Shown: piece by piece, positions 60,325-64,000 of the stretch | Position numbering within the stretch: the first letter of the stretch is position 1 | Layout: each line of letters starts with the position of its first letter | From: Biomphalaria glabrata | Lineage: Eukaryota | Direction of reading: 5' to 3' | Length of the DNA: 64,000 nucleotides | NCBI RefSeq assembly: GCF_947242115.1 | Contig: NC_074722.1 | Location: forward strand, 29,860,340-29,924,339 | Position numbers and translations under genes: made by a program | The notes under the pieces: model-generated | Databases searched by the model: none | Seen by the model: the letters and a program-made list of their open reading frames with translations, nothing else | Told to the model about the DNA's origin: nothing

Positions 60325-63300
60325 TTTAATTTTGCTGACTAAAACTGCTCTGGTATTGGAAGCATTTTGACTGCTGGAGCCAGGCTCTTTTTTGATATCC
60401 AGCAATCCACTTTAAGCAAAACACACACACACACAAAAAAGATAAATGATGTTCATTCTGTCATTATTAAATTTAGAGTAGAAGATCTAACGGTCAATAT
60501 GTACCAGTTGTAAGATAATTTCATTATTAAATTTAATGCTCTTTATTAATAAATTTAAAAATTCCCTAGTAAAGTTTTAATTACTAAATATCTATCAATA
60601 AAAAAAATGCTGTTCACATTCACATACTCTTCATATTTTATAGATAACATTTTATTTATATAAACAAACCCTTTTCATCAATGCTCTAGTTGGGTACAAG
60701 TATTATTAGTGGTAGCTGTTTGGACAACACAATAATTTTTAAAAAGATATTAATATGCTCATATCTATCTCATATATTTTTCATTTCTTTAAATCTAAAG
60801 CGTAGTCCAAACATCTGCCATAATCTCAGCATAATATGATTGAACAATCAAATTAATTAATGCAAAACCAAAGAATGCTTTCTTACCTAGAGATGCCAGA
60901 TCCTGTGGGCTCTTTTTTTATCTGAATAGACATTTTTCACTACATCAATAAGGAAGTTAAAACAATCAACAATTTCTTTAAATCTGAAATATCAAAGAGA
61001 TGCACAAAGTTGACTAAGAGTCTAGTAAGAGTTATAATAATAATAATACTTAAACTAGATCTAGTACTAGAATCTAGACTACTATTCTCAGTATTCTTTA
61101 TTAGAGTAGACTCTAGCCCTAGTCAATCTAGATAATATATCAGAATTGACTAGAATAGATTCTACTTAGAATGATTTGATCTATATTACTACTAGTTTAA
61201 CTAGGTCTAAAGTATATTTAAAGTACTTAGAGGCTATTGTCAGTATTGTATTATAATTTATTATATATATATTTTATTTTTTTTATAATGTAATTTCCCT
61301 TCCGAACAAGTTAAGCACTGCTGTCGCAATCTTTGCGTTTCAATTTTTATAGCTCCGTAATGGTTAGTCCTAGGAAAAAACTACAAACATCTATAAACTT
61401 GTCATCCATTTGTCAATAAAAATAGCTATATTGTTTTGTTACGCTAGGCATAGTTACAGTAAAATATGATGTTGAAGAGGGTCAGGTTAATGTGGTCCAG
61501 CGCTAACATTAACGAACACCATTCCCTGCTCTGTACACTAACGAACAATGTCTGTACACTAACGAACACCTCTTAGTTATTGCATTTAAAAATAATATTA
61601 TCTTCAATTTTATTTATTTTATTTTCAATTTCTTTTTAAAAAGCTCTAGACCGACAGATTAGTGTCCCTTTTCCCTCTTTTAATTGTTCCCTTCTCTGCT
61701 AAACCCTCAACTTTACGAAGGGCCATATACTGTGACCTACCTAGATCTTGTTGACCCAACAAAAAAAAAACAAAAAAACTGGGTGACCCCAGGCGTCTAG
61801 CCTGCTCACTCCACACAGTGAATGTGACCCAATTAGGTACCTGCTTGATCAATAATTATCCCTCCCTCTACTTTTTTTTTCTCTGGTACTATGTTGATGA
61901 TGCCATGCTAGGTATATAATAAGAGCGACAAGGAGTGAAAAAAAGAGAGAGAGAGAGAGAGAGCAGGAGTGTGCCACTCATGAAAACATTTTTTTCATTA
62001 TTCACATTATACCCAACTCTACCCCTCATCAGCACTATTTTTAGCAATATTCCCTTTCTTTTTACTCATTTATATCCCACTTGTTTTAACATCTAAAACA
62101 AAAGCAAAATTAAGTAAGAAAATGTTAGACCTATACAAAATAAATCAAAGAAATCTCCATTTCCCAGCCTTGAGTTACATCCCTCTGATATGCATTTTCA
62201 ACATTAAAATAGGGTTTGTTAGTGTCATTGATAGTGATAAAGACAGTTCATTAGTATCATTGATTGTGACCAACGAAAATCATGAAACACCCCATATTTA
62301 GAGATAGACTATGACATGTGTGTGTTTTTAGGCCAATTTAGAAGCATTTTAGACAGTTTATGTTTAGCTGATACTTAAATTTTCTAAAAAAATCTCCTTC
62401 ACCCTGGACCTACCCTCCTTCTGTCCTACCAGTGCTCTTTGAACCCATGTAAAACTCTTGTTTTTCAGAGTATACTTAACTAAATGTGTCTGAACTGTAA
62501 AAAAATGGAGTATAAATAAAAAACAATATACTAGTTTCATCATAATCATAGCTGTCAACATAGAGGCTCATTTTAATAAAGATTGTGGGGTGTTCGTTAA
62601 TCATAATGTCAGAAAATAGGGGGTGTTCGGAAGAGGAAAATTACTCTAGGATCTATATTAGGTACTTTGATAAAAAAATCAAATTATTTGAATCTAAATG
62701 AAACCAGTATAGTTAGTTAGATCTTTTTGAATGGAGTTATAAGTTATATAGTTAATAATATAGAGTAGAGTAATAGACAGTATACTATAGTTACTTATAG
62801 TACTCTATACTCAACTATAGTCTATAGTCTATAATTAGATCTATATACCATATTTAATTATACTGAATAAATAAGCTATACTTAGACTTAATTAAGCAAA
62901 TTAAGCCCTTAGGCCGTACTCTCAATAGTCTCAAACTCTGGCGTCTCTGGCCTTATCTATCTCAGTTACAGTATGATTGATGAGTATCTGTATCTTTAAA
63001 AAAAATCCTCACTTATACTTATAGATCTAAATCTATATTAATTATAATATATATATTCTAGAGATGTAGTAGAATCGGTAAAATCTAGGCATAGATCTAC
63101 TTAGTCATCTAGACCTAGACTTAGTCTGTTAGATCTGGATCTAGAATCTATTATATCTAGAAATCTAGATGGATCTATTTACACAATACCGCATCCCTCA
63201 GAAAAGCGATTCACATTTTTATGTTTACATGTTTACATATTTACAAATTGTATCTAGATCCAGGATTTAGTAAATAAGTTACGAAACAAATATTATATAG

Positions 63301-64000
63301 ACCTGGAAGTCAAAGGTCGAGATCCGTAACTTTAGCTATAGACGAGTAGACTCAGTAGAGTGTATAATTACTAACACAAGTGACAAGATATTGCTAGATC
63401 TACTAATTTAGTAGCTAGGATCTAGATCTAGTGTTTTAGACTGTATACATCTAATCTAGTTTTGAATTTTTTTTTTCAGCGAAGGAAGCAAATGATGTTA
63501 TTTTTATTCAGTCTATTAATTCAAGCCCACAACTATATTATAATAATAATTTATTATTATAGACATCTATAGCTTACATTGCTTTTAATAATTTACAGTA
63601 AATTACAATTACAGTACTACCGTTATATCTACTAGATCTAGATCTAGTACTAATACTACTACTATCTATACTAACTGTAACGACACTAACTCTAATTATA
63701 TTAATTATAACAACTTGAAGATTATAGATCTAGAATTATCATAATATAATATAAGAACAATATCATAACAATAAAAGAACTCACAAACAACACTTATTCT
63801 TTCAAAATTGAAAAGAATATATATTACATTAGCCCAAAAATCCTGCAGGATCCACCACACAATTTAACCAGGCAGCCATCCATGATCAGGAAGAATACAT
63901 TAAAGAGACCAATTTATTTTCAGCTGTGGGTCATGCTGATACCATGATTAATCAAATCAATGAACTTCAACAGTTACAATAATTATAATATGTTATAATA

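Noticed and set aside
60154-60405. ORF-track start 'M' at 60405, and similar ones at 16610 and 2321
   Set aside because: The underlying codons are TTG, ATT and TTG. The ORF track uses alternative start codons, so these are not eukaryotic translation starts.

Overview
This 64-kb window is AT-rich, intron-containing metazoan (invertebrate-type) nuclear DNA, not prokaryotic, so prokaryotic feature classes such as CRISPR arrays or operons do not apply. Hand translation and splice-site tracing reconstruct four protein-coding genes. (1) A complete major vault protein gene, MVP, lies on the + strand with 15 exons (26083..38335) encoding 851 aa. (2) A near-complete Mediator subunit 24 gene, MED24, lies on the - strand with 22 exons (60324..40132) encoding 972 aa, tail-to-tail with MVP. 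(3) An HGH1/FAM203 homologue lies on the - strand with 3 exons (4621..2052) encoding 385 aa. (4) A small unassigned HAD-superfamily (DxDxT) hydrolase gene lies on the - strand with 2 exons (22563..19926), divergent from MVP. There is also the 3' end of a lysine-rich + strand gene at the window start and possible unassigned + strand exons near 6.5-7.2 kb. The introns and intergenic DNA carry two tRNA-derived SINE families, CR1/L2-like LINE fragments, two TIR-bounded non-autonomous DNA-transposon-like elements, mini- and microsatellites, and pervasive CTAGATCTAG-type low-complexity blocks. The most unusual object is a ~1.43-kb insertion inside MED24 intron 14, 7 kb downstream of MVP. It is flanked by a 12-14 bp direct duplication that includes the exon-14 splice donor. 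It consists of roughly three tandem ~508-bp units. Each unit carries a Pol III-type box A and box B module, a T-run terminator and an upstream ATTTGCAT octamer. This could be a SINE or satellite array, or a tandem array of small Pol III ncRNA genes (vault-RNA-like), and the ambiguity is flagged below. ORF-track start codons are not reliable: several listed 'M' residues correspond to TTG or ATT in the sequence.
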